Made by a program: the position numbers and the translations under genes | Origin: Tubulanus polymorphus | Lineage: Eukaryota; Animalia; Nemertea | NCBI RefSeq assembly: GCF_964204645.1 | Contig: NC_134027.1 | Coordinates: forward strand, 9,766,485-9,830,484 | Direction of reading: 5' to 3' | Length of the DNA: 64,000 nucleotides | The notes under the pieces: model-generated | What the model was told of the DNA's origin: nothing | What the model saw: only the letters and a program-made list of their open reading frames with translations | Database searches by the model: none | Shown here: positions 1-11,295 of the stretch, one piece after another | How the letters are laid out: each line of letters opens with the position of its first letter | How positions within the stretch are numbered: the first letter of the stretch is position 1

Positions 1-406
1 AACTGAATAGGAATTTTAACTTTCGACTATTCCCATCCCTTATGCCAGACATTTAACCAATACATAAAGACAAGGTCCTAGTTATCATACCCAGTATGGT
101 TGTAGGTACTTTCAGGGTTCATAGTGTCCATGACCAATCTCGTTTAATGACGTTCAGGGACTTTTGTTACTCTAAATCTACATTTATCAGGCATTCTTAT
201 AGGACCATGACAATGATTCAAGGATTTTAGCGCCTGTTCCATGATAATTACGACCTTGAACTGAATGATTCCCATTTCAAAACTTTTAAGGAATTTCAAG
301 GACTGCTATGAACCCAGTACTTTAATTTCAAGAAGTTTGGTGTCTGAGCTTCGCAAATCATAAGTAGTGTTCAACTATGAACTACGAGTTGAAGGTGACT
401 GTGTAC

Positions 407-1659
407 CTGGAATGTCGCCGCATCTAGATTCGACACGGCTACGTAAAGCAAGTTATTCTGCAGAACGTATACAATGGATGGCACCGATATCTTCAGACAA
501 TCCCACGGCTGACAGATCGTGTTCTGGTAAAGATGTCGCAGCCACGCGCGCGCGCTGCCTTCCTGGAACAGTATGATCACGAGACACGTCGTGAATTTGA
601 TCGTTTCTGACATGATGACGGCCGTCGACGATTTGAACATGTCGCCGGTGCGCGTACGCACGTAGCGCATGAGCAGAATGAGAGCAGCATTCTGCAGCGT
701 CAGCAACACGAGACTCACGTACTTTAACAGTTGAGCGCTACCTGAAAAACATCAATCAGAACGGAATTTAGGCGCAAGAAAAATATATGTTAAATACCAA
801 AATTGTTGAAAAACTTAACAAGTTTATCTAAAATACTGGAAATATTTCGGGTGGTACCTGCCACCAGACCAGTTAACTTTTCTCATTTTGGCCAGGATAC
901 CTTTTTTTCTCATTTCTGCTGAGCTTAAAAGTTGACCCGGCCGGCCGCCTATATATACCCTGTACATTTTTTTTTTCAATTCGTGCTTAAGTTAATCATA
1001 ACAGAACGGGCAGTTATAGAAATGAACTGATTACAAATCTTATTGCAGTTTACAAAATGATTAGGGAATTTGAGACTTATCATTCATTGGGTAATCATAT
1101 CAATTATAATCCTTAAATCATCAATCATTTCAAAGCATTATAAAGATTATACTGGACTATGGAGATGGCGTTTTGATCCAAAAAAAACTCCATACATCGA
1201 AGGAACTCGGCCTTGATCGCCTTGATTCGAATTAAAAAGGTGAATTTTCTTAAACTTTTAAAGCAGTAATTATGGTTGCCGGTATTCATGTAGAGGTTTT
1301 TTAATGATCTCAAGATTATCATCAGCAACTGTGACTTGAATAACTGGACTGGAATCATCAAATATAATACTAGTATGAGATATTTCATTCTTAGAAGTTG
1401 CCACTTATCCTCATTGCCTCTCTTATCCCAGGAGTAAATGCGCCTAGCAGCTGCTCGGATTTTACTTCTCCCCAGGGAGAGATGACTGATAAATGGTCGG
1501 AGGGGTAGGCTAGGGCTATAATACCACTTCAATGGAAAGCGCTGTTGAACATTTTATCACAATGAAAAGTGTGCTACAGAAATTACATTCACTAAATGAC
1601 TACTATCTTAGCCAAGGAACTATAAATGACTTACCGACTAACATCATGACTCGAGACAT
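407..1659 (-). CDS. SLC35A2: UDP-galactose (nucleotide-sugar) transporter, SLC35A2-like; 5' part only, gene continues off the left edge. Main exon 741-407; candidate first coding exon 1659-1635
   Basis: Exon 741-407 (cag|...|gtacac) encodes GSAQLLKYVSLVLLTLQNAALILLMRYVRTRTGDMFKSSTAVIMSE...VPSIVYVLQNNLLYVAVSNLDAATFQ, typical of SLC35A. QNA, GDxF and ATFQ favour A2 over A3. Exon 1659-1635 (ATG...GTC G|gtaagt) joins in phase 1. Confidence 0.85.
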
Positions 1660-2685
1660 TTTTTACAAAAATAAATACACCATTATCTATAATAGGCTGC
1701 TATAGTCCCATGTGTTACATGCAGGAGTGACTGTCATGGTTATGAACGTCAGATTGTCTGTAGGCTGAAACTAATTTGCTCAGCCGTCAAGCGTCAACCA
1801 ACGATTCATTGTAGCAGTTGCCACAGATAATTACATTTTTGATCAAGGAATCAATTCAACCCAGCTGCGTTATATTGGAATGAATCTCGTATGCAACAGT
1901 AACACACGTGAATATCAATCGATATACCAAAAATGGCCTTAATTAAATCATCGACTAGAGTCCATGATTCAATCAAACCTCAAATTAGATTGTCTATACA
2001 GGTCCACGACGGGTTAAGACTAGTCTAAGATCTAAGCGACCAATGGCCCCAGGAATATCTAATCCAAATTTCTAATCATTGATAGGGGCTTTTACTGTAA
2101 TTCATAACGAGGGCAGATCTAGGTTTCTTTGAAGGATTTGGACCTAGAAATTAGAACGGGCATTCAATTTGAAAAGAGCAGATTTGGCAACGTAACAAAA
2201 GGGCTCCAAGCGCAAAATACTGGTGGAGGGTTGCAGGTTGCACTGAAAGTTTTCCAACAGAAAATTTAAGACAAGAAGGGTTTTTCTGGCTTCCATCGGG
2301 GCCCATTTGGATTTATATTCCGTCTTGCAAAAAAAATTTCTTCGGCAAATGTATTTTTTCCAGACTTCTTACATTCAAATTTTGAAGGGAGTGGACCAGT
2401 CCAACCCCTAAATCCACACTTGCACTTGTCCAATTACCTACATGCAACCCCCGACTGGTCGAGTAAGGACTTCGATCAAAAACGGGATATATTTGAGATC
2501 CATAAGCCATTTAGGAAGAGTGACATTGAAAATAATTTGAACATTACAGTGCCGAGATGTAGAAAAAAATGTTCAACGAAAGATGACATCAATGACAGAA
2601 ATAATACAAGCACACCAAAGAAAAACGAAATGCACAGCTTGAAGCAGTAAATCACGTATAGGTTACAACAGAGGGAATGCGATAC

Positions 2686-2742
2686 CTGTTGACTTTTTTT
2701 CCGTCGATTCCATTTGTCCCGTAGCGTTTCCCTTTTCAACAT
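2686..2742 (-). CDS. Candidate alternative upstream exon of the SLC35A2-like gene (57 nt, phase 1-1)
   Basis: tgtag acceptor and CAG|gtatc donor; open in the frame joining exon 741 (..VEKGNATGQMESTEKKST-G). Confidence 0.45.
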
Positions 2743-4589
2743 CTACAGCACAACAAAGCCATATTTTATTCGTCGACAAGAAATCGAAGGGTTCACACGA
2801 TATGAACGAACACCGTTCGTTTCATCTTACAATGGGGAAAAATGATACCGGTGCGACAATAAATAGATAATATTTACACATCATTATCCAAAATGATCTC
2901 CAAAATAAAAGAAAATAATTTTTTTTTTCAAATTCTCCTCCCTGGTCACATAATTAGTAATGAGTTCAATGTTTTAAGAAAAAAAAAATTTTTTTTAACT
3001 AGGCCTAATCGTTTCCATCTCCCCATGTATTTCAAGTCAATCAAATCCGTCATCCGATGTACCTATAACCAAAAAAAATGGCCTAAGAGCACTATAACAC
3101 TTGACTTGTGCGCTATCTAGTCAGGAAGTACCGGTATTAAAGCCTGATCCTTAGTGTGTTGATGTTCATCCGAATTCATGGACAGAACAGCCAAACCAAT
3201 GTCTTTTTTGTTTATTAGAAATTAATAAATAATTCCAATTTGGGCAATATTCTACATATGTGTGAGTTCAATATCGAAGAGTTTCGACATTACAATTCAT
3301 ACAAATTTTTCTATGGAAATATATAAGCCTATATACTAAAGCATGCTTGAGCTCGCAATTGAATAATAGCAAGTCAAGGTCTTAAGGCAGGCTTACACGT
3401 GACAAACTGGGTGGTGGCTAATTTGCCAAGGAAAACTGAATTGACATGCCCAGCCACGACAGACTAGTTTTCACGAGAATGAAAATGAAATTTTCATGAA
3501 AATGTCGAAAAACGGTTTCATCAGGCACATTCGTACTTGTTGTCAGTCACGTCAGTTGAATATCGACGTGTTTTCACTGAGCCGGAAAAGCCCCAGGGAA
3601 TTGTTAGGAACCTGCTAAAAGTAGTAAACTGCGTGCCGCTAAAGAAACAGGAAAATGCTAACCAGAAACAACCAGTTGTGGAATTAGGCTATAAAATGAT
3701 CGTTCATATACTATCCTGACCAATCACATAGCTCATTACCTACATTATGAGAAACTGCCATGGTCCAAGGCAAGGACCTTCGCACACAGGTTTTTTGGAT
3801 TGAGGTGTACTCTTCCACCTCTCTACTTGGATTGAGAATGAAAGATGTATTCAATCAACGGGATGTAATGTTTTTAATAGCAATGATACCATTCCGACAC
3901 TGATTAGAAGACTTGCGCCATACATGGACTACCCAGTGTAATTATGAAATGAAAAATATTACATAGGGCCCACTAAGTCATAGGCCTATAACATATCAGT
4001 TATTGATTAGATATCAAAATGGAGTTTCCCTTGTTATCAATTACAAGCAGCCGTGGCACTGGTCCAGCTGTCTCACTTCGTACAAAGTTATTTATTCTCC
4101 AAATTTCAATTGACCATTCAAGCATTATCTTACTGTGCCAATTTGAATGCAGAGCCGATGGTTCTTGCGACACAGCGTGGAAGTCGACAATGAAATCGCA
4201 ATAAGTTTTGTGACATCGTCAGGTCCTTAAAATGGCTAGATATGAATAAGGGCAAGCCGGTCTTCGGCACTGGAAAGACGTGTTGGTTACATGAGCTGGC
4301 TAGTCCCAGGTTGACGTTGTCACCCGGCCACTATCAAACCATGGAAGACAACAAGAACTAGCGTACCACAATTCCTGTCAGGAATTAACAAGCAGTTATC
4401 GGGACAGCCGAACACTGCCGATGATTGCCGAAGTACGTCCTTAGTGTCAATTTTAATCCTGAAATATAAGGAGCGCCCATAATTTCAATTGTAGATGATT
4501 TTTTTGGAAACATTGACACTGTTTTAGCTCCATTAAAGATTTTAAATGGCAACAAAATAGATTTTTGAAAATTCGCGATGCCTCTTCGG

Positions 4590-4740
4590 GATTGCTGTGA
4601 CGTCATCTGTCCCGATAACTGCGGGTAGATTTAAGCATTACGGAGATAGGATCGTTTCCAGCCTTTCTGTATAGTATAGCTAAACGACGGTCGCGCGTTG
4701 CATCATGGGTAAATTTATTATAAAACATGGCGGATCTATC
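4590..4740. promoter_or_regulatory. Putative housekeeping-type promoter upstream of the SLC35A2-like gene
   Basis: CpG-rich patch with CRE TGACGTCA (4598-4605), a ZNF143/Staf-like GCATCATGGGTAAA (~4700-4713) and a YY1-like AACATGGCGG (~4724-4733). Confidence 0.45.
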
Positions 4741-5310
4741 GAAGTAGGATTAACGTATCGCTGGTGAATTATCAAATATTTATCCATTATCAAAGCCCAT
4801 ATTCAAGTGCCTGTGACGTAACCGTTGGTGGTAAGCTTTAATAATCGGATGGGTTTGTGAAATATCCAATCGTGAAACTAAACCACAGATAGGTCAGGTT
4901 ACTGACTACCGGCCTGTCTATCTATACTTTATGACTTCGAATTAGGCTATTTATTAGGCTACTGTAAAGTCCTGCAAAAAATCTGAGACCAAAAAAGCGT
5001 CTACTCTGGCAGAGCGAATATTTATGAATTTCATGCTGGCTGCACGGAATTAATCATCTATGGATGGAATAAAGAGACATACCCGCTGTCGGCAGTTTAA
5101 ATTCCATTTGAGAATTTCTGTCAGATTTACCACTACTGCTACTTCTAATGCTGTCCTTCATGTTGTCATGTTTGCTGTCACGAAACCGATCCAATGTTCG
5201 GAATACGTAACGGACGCCTACACCGGAAGTCAGTGGCAGCACGATAGACTGGTTGCCTGATCTACATATACAGTGTGGCAACCAGTCTACAAACCTGGAT
5301 TGACGCATAT

Positions 5311-8300
5311 GTCATTCTGCAGATTTTCCAGAACCTGCCCTGAGAGGCCACATGGCTTCTCAGGGCAGGAACCTGCCCTGAGAGGCCAGTCGTTTGAATC
5401 AATAGAAAATGAAAACCCATTCAACAGAGTGAGCTGAAATGGTGGCAAGGTGATCGGGATATTCAGATTCAAACTAAAGTTTTCGATCATACAATAGAAG
5501 ACTACGCTGTATTCTATAGAAATAAATTGAGAAATACAAATGCTTTTAATCATATTAAGCTAAAACAGTTAAATAGTCAAGACGTAAGGGAAAAAAAAGT
5601 TACCTAAAATCAAAATATGAATTTTTGTTGAAATATAGAAAATAGAAATAGAATTAAAATTGGTATTTTTCAGAAACAAATTAAAAAATACTAATATTTT
5701 TCATAGAAATAAAGAAATGAAAAAAACTTTTCTCTGTGGGAACATTTCTTATCAAAACATCATAAAAAATTTCATCTATAACTTAATGAAGAAGAAAAAT
5801 CACAATTATTCTCAGGAATAGAATTTTGCTGCTATGTAAGGTAATTAATGATAACGATGATACAAGTTTTTGTAAAAATTAAATTATATGATTCCAAGCG
5901 GCGCTGTTTTTATTTGTAATCTATAATTTACGATTAACGTGCTATATGTTTCTTCTAATTTCTTTGCACTTCACTTTCTTGTGTTACATTTGCATACGTA
6001 TTTCTATATATGCATTGTTTGCATCAATAAATATGAATGCACTTGTGTTAAATAACAAAGTCCTTATCGCATCGTAATTAAACTGGCTATCGGCTTGCTC
6101 ACACATTAATGGAAGGTGACGAAGAGATGAGGAGAGCACGCCGCAATTGCTCATTACGTCAATATAAAACATTCGACACATTTTCTAAACTCATTTTGGT
6201 AACATGCGTGAGGCCTAGCCTAGATTGCAAATGTAGGAAAAATCTGTATTATCGAAACGAAACTGGCCTCTCAGGGCAGGTTGATATTGGAAGTCAAACT
6301 TCAGCAGCTCTCGGGGCAGGTTGATTTGTGCAGAATGAAACTGGCCTCTCAGGGCAGGTTGATTTCTGCAGAATGAAAGTGGCCTCTCAGGGCAGGTTGA
6401 TATCAGATGTCAAACTGCAGCAGTTGAACTGGCCTCTCAGGTGATATCTGCAGAATGAAACTGGCCTCTCAGGGCAGGTGATCTGCAGAACTCAAACTGC
6501 AGCAGTTAAACTGGCCTCTCAGGGCAGGTTGATTTCTGCAGAATGAAAGTGGCCTCTCAGGGCAGGTTGATATCGGAAGTCAATCTGCAGCAGTTGAACT
6601 GGCCTCTCAGGGCAGGTGATCTGCAGAACTCAAACTGCAGCAGTTAAACTGGCCTCTCAGGGCAGGTGATATCTGCAGAATGAAACTGGCCTCTCAGGGC
6701 AGGTGATCTGCAGAACTCAAACTGCAGCAGTTAAAAAGGCCTCTCAGGGCAGGTGATATCTGCAGAATGAAACTGGCCTTTCAGGGCAGGTTGATTTCTG
6801 CAGAATGAAAGTGGCCTCTCAGGGCAGGTTGATATCGGAAGTCAAACTGAACTGGCCTCTCAGGGCAGGTGATCTGCAGAACTCAAACTGCAGCAGTTAA
6901 ACTGGCCTCTCAGGGCAGGTTGATTTCTGCAGAATGAAACTGGCCTCTCAGGGCAGGTTGATATCTGCAGAATGAAACTGGCCTCTCAGGGCAGGTGATA
7001 TCAGAACTCAAACAGCAGCAGTTAAACTGGCCTCTCAGGGCAGGTTGATTTCTGCAGAATGAAACTGGCCTCTCAGGGCAGGTTGATATCTGCAAAATGA
7101 AAGTGGCCTCTCAGGGCAGGTTGATATCGGAAGTCAAACTGCAGCAGTTAAACTAGACTCTCAGGGCAGGTGATATCTGCAGAATGAAACTGGCCTCTCA
7201 GGGCAGGTTGATATCAGATGTCAAACTGCAGCAGCGGAACTGGCCTCTCAGGGCAGGTGATATCTGCAGAATGAAACTGGCCTCTCAGGGCAGGTTGATA
7301 TCAGATGTCAATCTGCAGCAGTTGAACTGGCCTCTCAGGGCAGGTTGATATCTGCAGAATGAAAGTGGCCTCTCAGGGCAGGTTGATATCGGAAGTCAAA
7401 CTGCAGCAGTTGAACTGGCCTCTCAGGGCAGGTTGATATCTGCAGAATGAAAGTGGCCTCTCAGGGCAGGTTGATATCGGAAGTCAAACTGCAGCAGTTG
7501 AACTGGCCTCTCAGGGCAGGTTGATATCAGAAGTCAAACTGCAGCAGTTGAACAGGCCTCCCAGGGCAGGTGATATCAGAAGTCAAACTGCAGCAGTTGA
7601 ACTGGCCTCACCGGGCAGGTTGATTTCTGCAGAATGAAAGTGGCCTCTCAGGGCAGGTTGATATCTGCAGAATGAAAGTGGCCTCTCAGGGCAGGTTGAT
7701 ATCGGAAGTCAAACTGCAGCAGTTGAACAGGTCTCTCAGGGCAGGTGATATCAGATGTCAAACTGCAGCAGTTGAACTGGCCTCTCCGGGCAGGTTGATT
7801 TCTGCAGAATGAAAGTGGCCTCTCAGGGCAGGTGATATCAGAACTCAAACAGCAGCAGTTGAACTGGCCTCTCAGGGCAGGTTGATATCAGAAGTTAAAC
7901 TGCAGCAGTTGAACAGGCCTCTCAGGGCAGGTGATATCAGAAGTCAAACTGCAGCAGTTGAACTGGCCTCTCAGGGCAGGTTGATTTTTGCAGAATGAAA
8001 GTGGCCTCTCAGGGCAGGTTGACATCGGAAGTCAATCTACAGCAGTTGAACTGGCCTCTCAGGGCAGGTTGATATCAGAAGTCAAACTGCAGCAGTTGAA
8101 CTGGCCTCTCAGGGCAGGTGATCTGCAGAACTCAAACTGCAGCAGTTAAACTGGCCTCTCAGGGCAGGTTGATTTCTGCAGAATGAAACTGGCCTCTCAG
8201 GGCAGGTTGACGACAGTAGACTACGTATATAATTGCACCCGCAGGGCTGATCAGATTAGATTCAATTGCGTATGCCTTATTGCATGTGGCAACTATAATT

Positions 8301-8932
8301 ATGCCATTGTCATTAGATAAAGTATGAAACTGATTAAAGTTGGCCTGCGCTCAGGTAATTAACCTAAAGAAAAATAATATGACATGTGATCAACCAACCC
8401 TTACCCCGGAGAAGAAAAAAATAGGATCAGCAGAATTACAATAGAGTTTCTGCGAAAACAGTAGAAACCCCCGAAAAATTCACTGTTGAATTAGAATATA
8501 CAGCATATTGAAACGCACTGATATCAGTGGACGACACAAATTGTTTATGTAGGCCTATAGGATATTTGAATAATTAAATTAATGCTTTGAAATTTATATA
8601 ATCACCATAACTTTTCGTCGTCGGTTAACTACATGACTTTTTAAAAATACATTTCTTATTAGGAATGAATTTTCATTGAAATATTACTTTCGTTTTATTT
8701 GTTAAGTGTCGATATATCAATACGTTTAATATATTTCATTTTAATCCATTTAATTTCATGACTCGACAATGTGCATGTCAAACATCGGCGAGATAGTTCG
8801 CCGTTTCATCAGAATTATAGCCGAGTTTTCCATTTATACTGCTTAATTGCGCCAATGGCCTCTCAGGGCAGGTTCCTGCCCTGAGAAGCCATATGGCCTC
8901 TCAGAGCAGGTCTGCGGATTCTTAAGAATGAC
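5311..8932. mobile_element. Non-autonomous TIR (foldback-like) element with internal tandem array
   Basis: 5333-5388 is the reverse complement of 8856-8911 (56 bp, 2 mismatches); similarity extends outward to GTCATTCT.../...AGAATGAC. AT-rich interior, no transposase ORF, TSD not resolved. Confidence 0.8.
6259..8210 (+). repeat. Complex minisatellite, ~45 units with constant core TGGCCTCTCAGGGCAGGT(T)GAT and two linker types (~37 and ~48 bp units)
   Basis: Seen directly. Linker A is (A/T)TCTGCAGAATGAAA; linker B is ATC(A/G)GAAGTCAAACTGCAGCAGTT(G/A)AA. Confidence 0.97.
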
Positions 8933-8951
8933 CCTTCTCGATTGACGGAGG

Positions 8952-9054
8952 CATTCTCGCTTGCCAGGGCTCGATCGCCTCCAGCTGAAGCTCCTCAATG
9001 CTTGTTGGCGTGAAAATTCAGCGGGAGACGGCGAGACCCTGGCAATAGAGAATG
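8952..9054. mobile_element. Short MITE, CAT(C/T)CTCGCTTGCCAGGG family
   Basis: Ends CATTCTCGCTTGCCAGGG...CCCTGGCAATAGAGAATG; related copies at 44739-45243 and 59542-59642. Confidence 0.65.
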
Positions 9055-9353
9055 GACTGGAGAATGAAAGCTTCAAAGCTCGGCCAAGTTTTTCAAATCA
9101 AATCCATACATAATCACAACACGACATTTAATGTGAAAAAAATTTATTTGATATTGTTTAGCACGATTGAGCTATCAAATCATCAACAAATCATGCGTGT
9201 CTACCACTCTTTGAACAATTATCATCGATTATCTACTGGAACTGCAACGGTAACACGAAACTGGCTTACCACCCCCGCGGAGTGGATCTACACAACTTAA
9301 AAAGTCTTCATTCGATTCTACTTCTATAAATTGCCTAATTCGTGAAGCCGATT

Positions 9354-10486
9354 TCAGCTATCTACGACCGCCGATTGTTTGCTAACTGGACTATTTTCAT
9401 TATTAACTATTTCTTTATCGTTAACGGATAGTTCTTCGTTGGATTTCGCGTCGATTTTGACGTCTTCATCATCGTCTTTCTGCGGATATAACTCAGGATA
9501 ACCGATCATACATTCTTGCATCGTTCGAAACTGCTCGAAACAGTCGGAGCCCTTCTGCTCAGCAGTGCTGTAATGGAAACACGAAAACGCCTCACGAAAT
9601 TCCACTCCGCACGGCCCGGTGGCCATGCCCCCCAGACACGGACAACTCCAGTTGATTTCTCCATTGTCTAGAATCAAACCTGAACAGAAACGTACCGGTA
9701 AATATCAAGTGAAACAAGTGATTTTTTTATCGGACTGATTTAAAAATGACATTCTCAACCGGAGCTGTGGACAATTTTCTTCTAAGGGTCAGGACCAGAT
9801 GCTCAAAAGTTGGTTAGTTAACCAGTGGATAATTGACATTACCAGGTAGTGGAAATTGAAAGTTCCTTGCTACTTAGTATTTATCAGTCGATTATCTTTA
9901 ACCAACTTTTGATTAACTGGCCCCTGGTTTTTTTTAAACGCTATATGTAGCAAGATTCTTTATCTCATTATATTTGGCTGAAGTTGACTTTCTAAATACA
10001 AATGGCCCTGTTGATCAATTTTCCAACATTCACACCACATTTCCTGAGCTGTATTCTTTGACTTTGCATAGAAGCATTCAGATGTTCAGAAGTTGAAGAT
10101 GAAATTGTTTATTCTAGATTAGTGATTTTCATTTGTTGATTTTTCACAAGTTGACACACACAAAATTAGTCACAATAATAGGGGAATTGTTAAACAATTA
10201 CGTAATTGATGATTGATGTAGTAAGCTTATATACCTGGTTCATCGTCATCTATATCCACCCTCAATTCAGCTTGACTAGGTTTTTCGTGGTCCTCTTTCG
10301 TTACAAATATCACCCGATCTTTACCTAGGTATTGAAAATAATCTAGAAGATGAGCAATCGACAACCAACGAACACAAGATAATAAAATTTGATTGGAATT
10401 TGTCTTGAAATTTACTTCCGGGTTCAGTTCGGCACGTTTGTTTTAGGTGAATTCGGTAACATACCTTGCTCTTTACAATACGACAT
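9354..10486 (-). CDS. CHCHD4: Mitochondrial intermembrane space import oxidoreductase Mia40/CHCHD4; exons 10486-10465, 10324-10235, 9679-9354; 145 aa
   Basis: MSYCKEQ|[17 protein letters not shown]...|[58 protein letters not shown]: CPC active site, twin CX9C and the conserved N-terminal peptide. Canonical splice sites; 438 nt total. Confidence 0.97.
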
Positions 10487-10609
10487 GTTTGGTTCCAGTG
10501 ATGGGGTTCAGGAATTAGACGATTGATCGTGAAAAAACACCAAAATCTCCAAATTCCAGCTCAATAACACTCCGCAAAACGACGAAACATTCACATGTCC
10601 AAGACACTG

Positions 10610-10680
10610 TATTGCGCATGCGTCGGTCTGTCGTCTCTAATCATCGGCCGCTGACTTCGGACATGGATTCGGACCAATCC
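10610..10680. promoter_or_regulatory. CHCHD4 promoter (shared with divergent + strand gene) with NRF1-like site
   Basis: TGCGCATGCGT at 10613-10623, ~130 bp upstream of the ATG; CCAAT nearby. Confidence 0.5.
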
Positions 10681-11295
10681 AATTCAAATTAAACTTTATT
10701 GTTCCGAATTGCAACAAAGCATCATCCCGGCACATTATTGATTCCAAGTAACCGGTCTCAAAAAATGTTCATTAATCAATTCGCGTTCACTGAGAATATT
10801 AAGCCCAAATGCAAATATCCTTTGCCCGTCCTAGCGGTTGGTATCAAGTAACCCTGCCGAGCGAGTATTGCATCCCAAGTACTAATTTGCATTTTTCGGG
10901 ATGAAACTCTTTCCCACTTGTTCGACCACCTATCTTAGGCAGCAATATCATTTTGTAATATTTTTTGGGTCTGTGTTTGCTCTTAGTCACTACTTCGCCG
11001 GTAGTGCTCATACTGTGATAGCGGTGCCCAGCTGTCGCAGCAGTTTGCATGCAATCGCTATGTTTTGTCCCACCCGACAGCGGGAGCCGCTCCTGAAAAC
11101 GCGTGCCGCTGGTATTTTGATTCGGTTCTCTCGGTGACCGTTCCCACATTCCTTCGCGTCATTGGTAACCAAGTTATGATGCCTTAGATTCCGTTGCTTA
11201 GTAGCTGATTTTCGGTTGCTACTTTCGCATCGAAACGCCATTTGTGTTTTGTTTGCAACGCAAATTGCTGATAGCTACTCCGTTTGCTGAAAATT

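Noticed and set aside
6910-7848. Cys-rich repeat protein (TCPERPVSFC...) from ORFs in the array
   Set aside because: 37-bp units shift the frame and stops are frequent; a by-product of the repeat.
6259-8210. CRISPR array (constant repeat with variable spacers)
   Set aside because: The spacers are repeated variants of two sequences rather than unique, there are no cas genes, the context is eukaryotic, and the repeat matches the flanking TIRs.
5298-8947. GATTGACG direct repeat (5298-5305, 8940-8947) as an 8-bp TSD of the large TIR element
   Set aside because: It does not abut the inverted-repeat ends symmetrically and overlaps the flank of the neighbouring MITE; unresolved without other copies.
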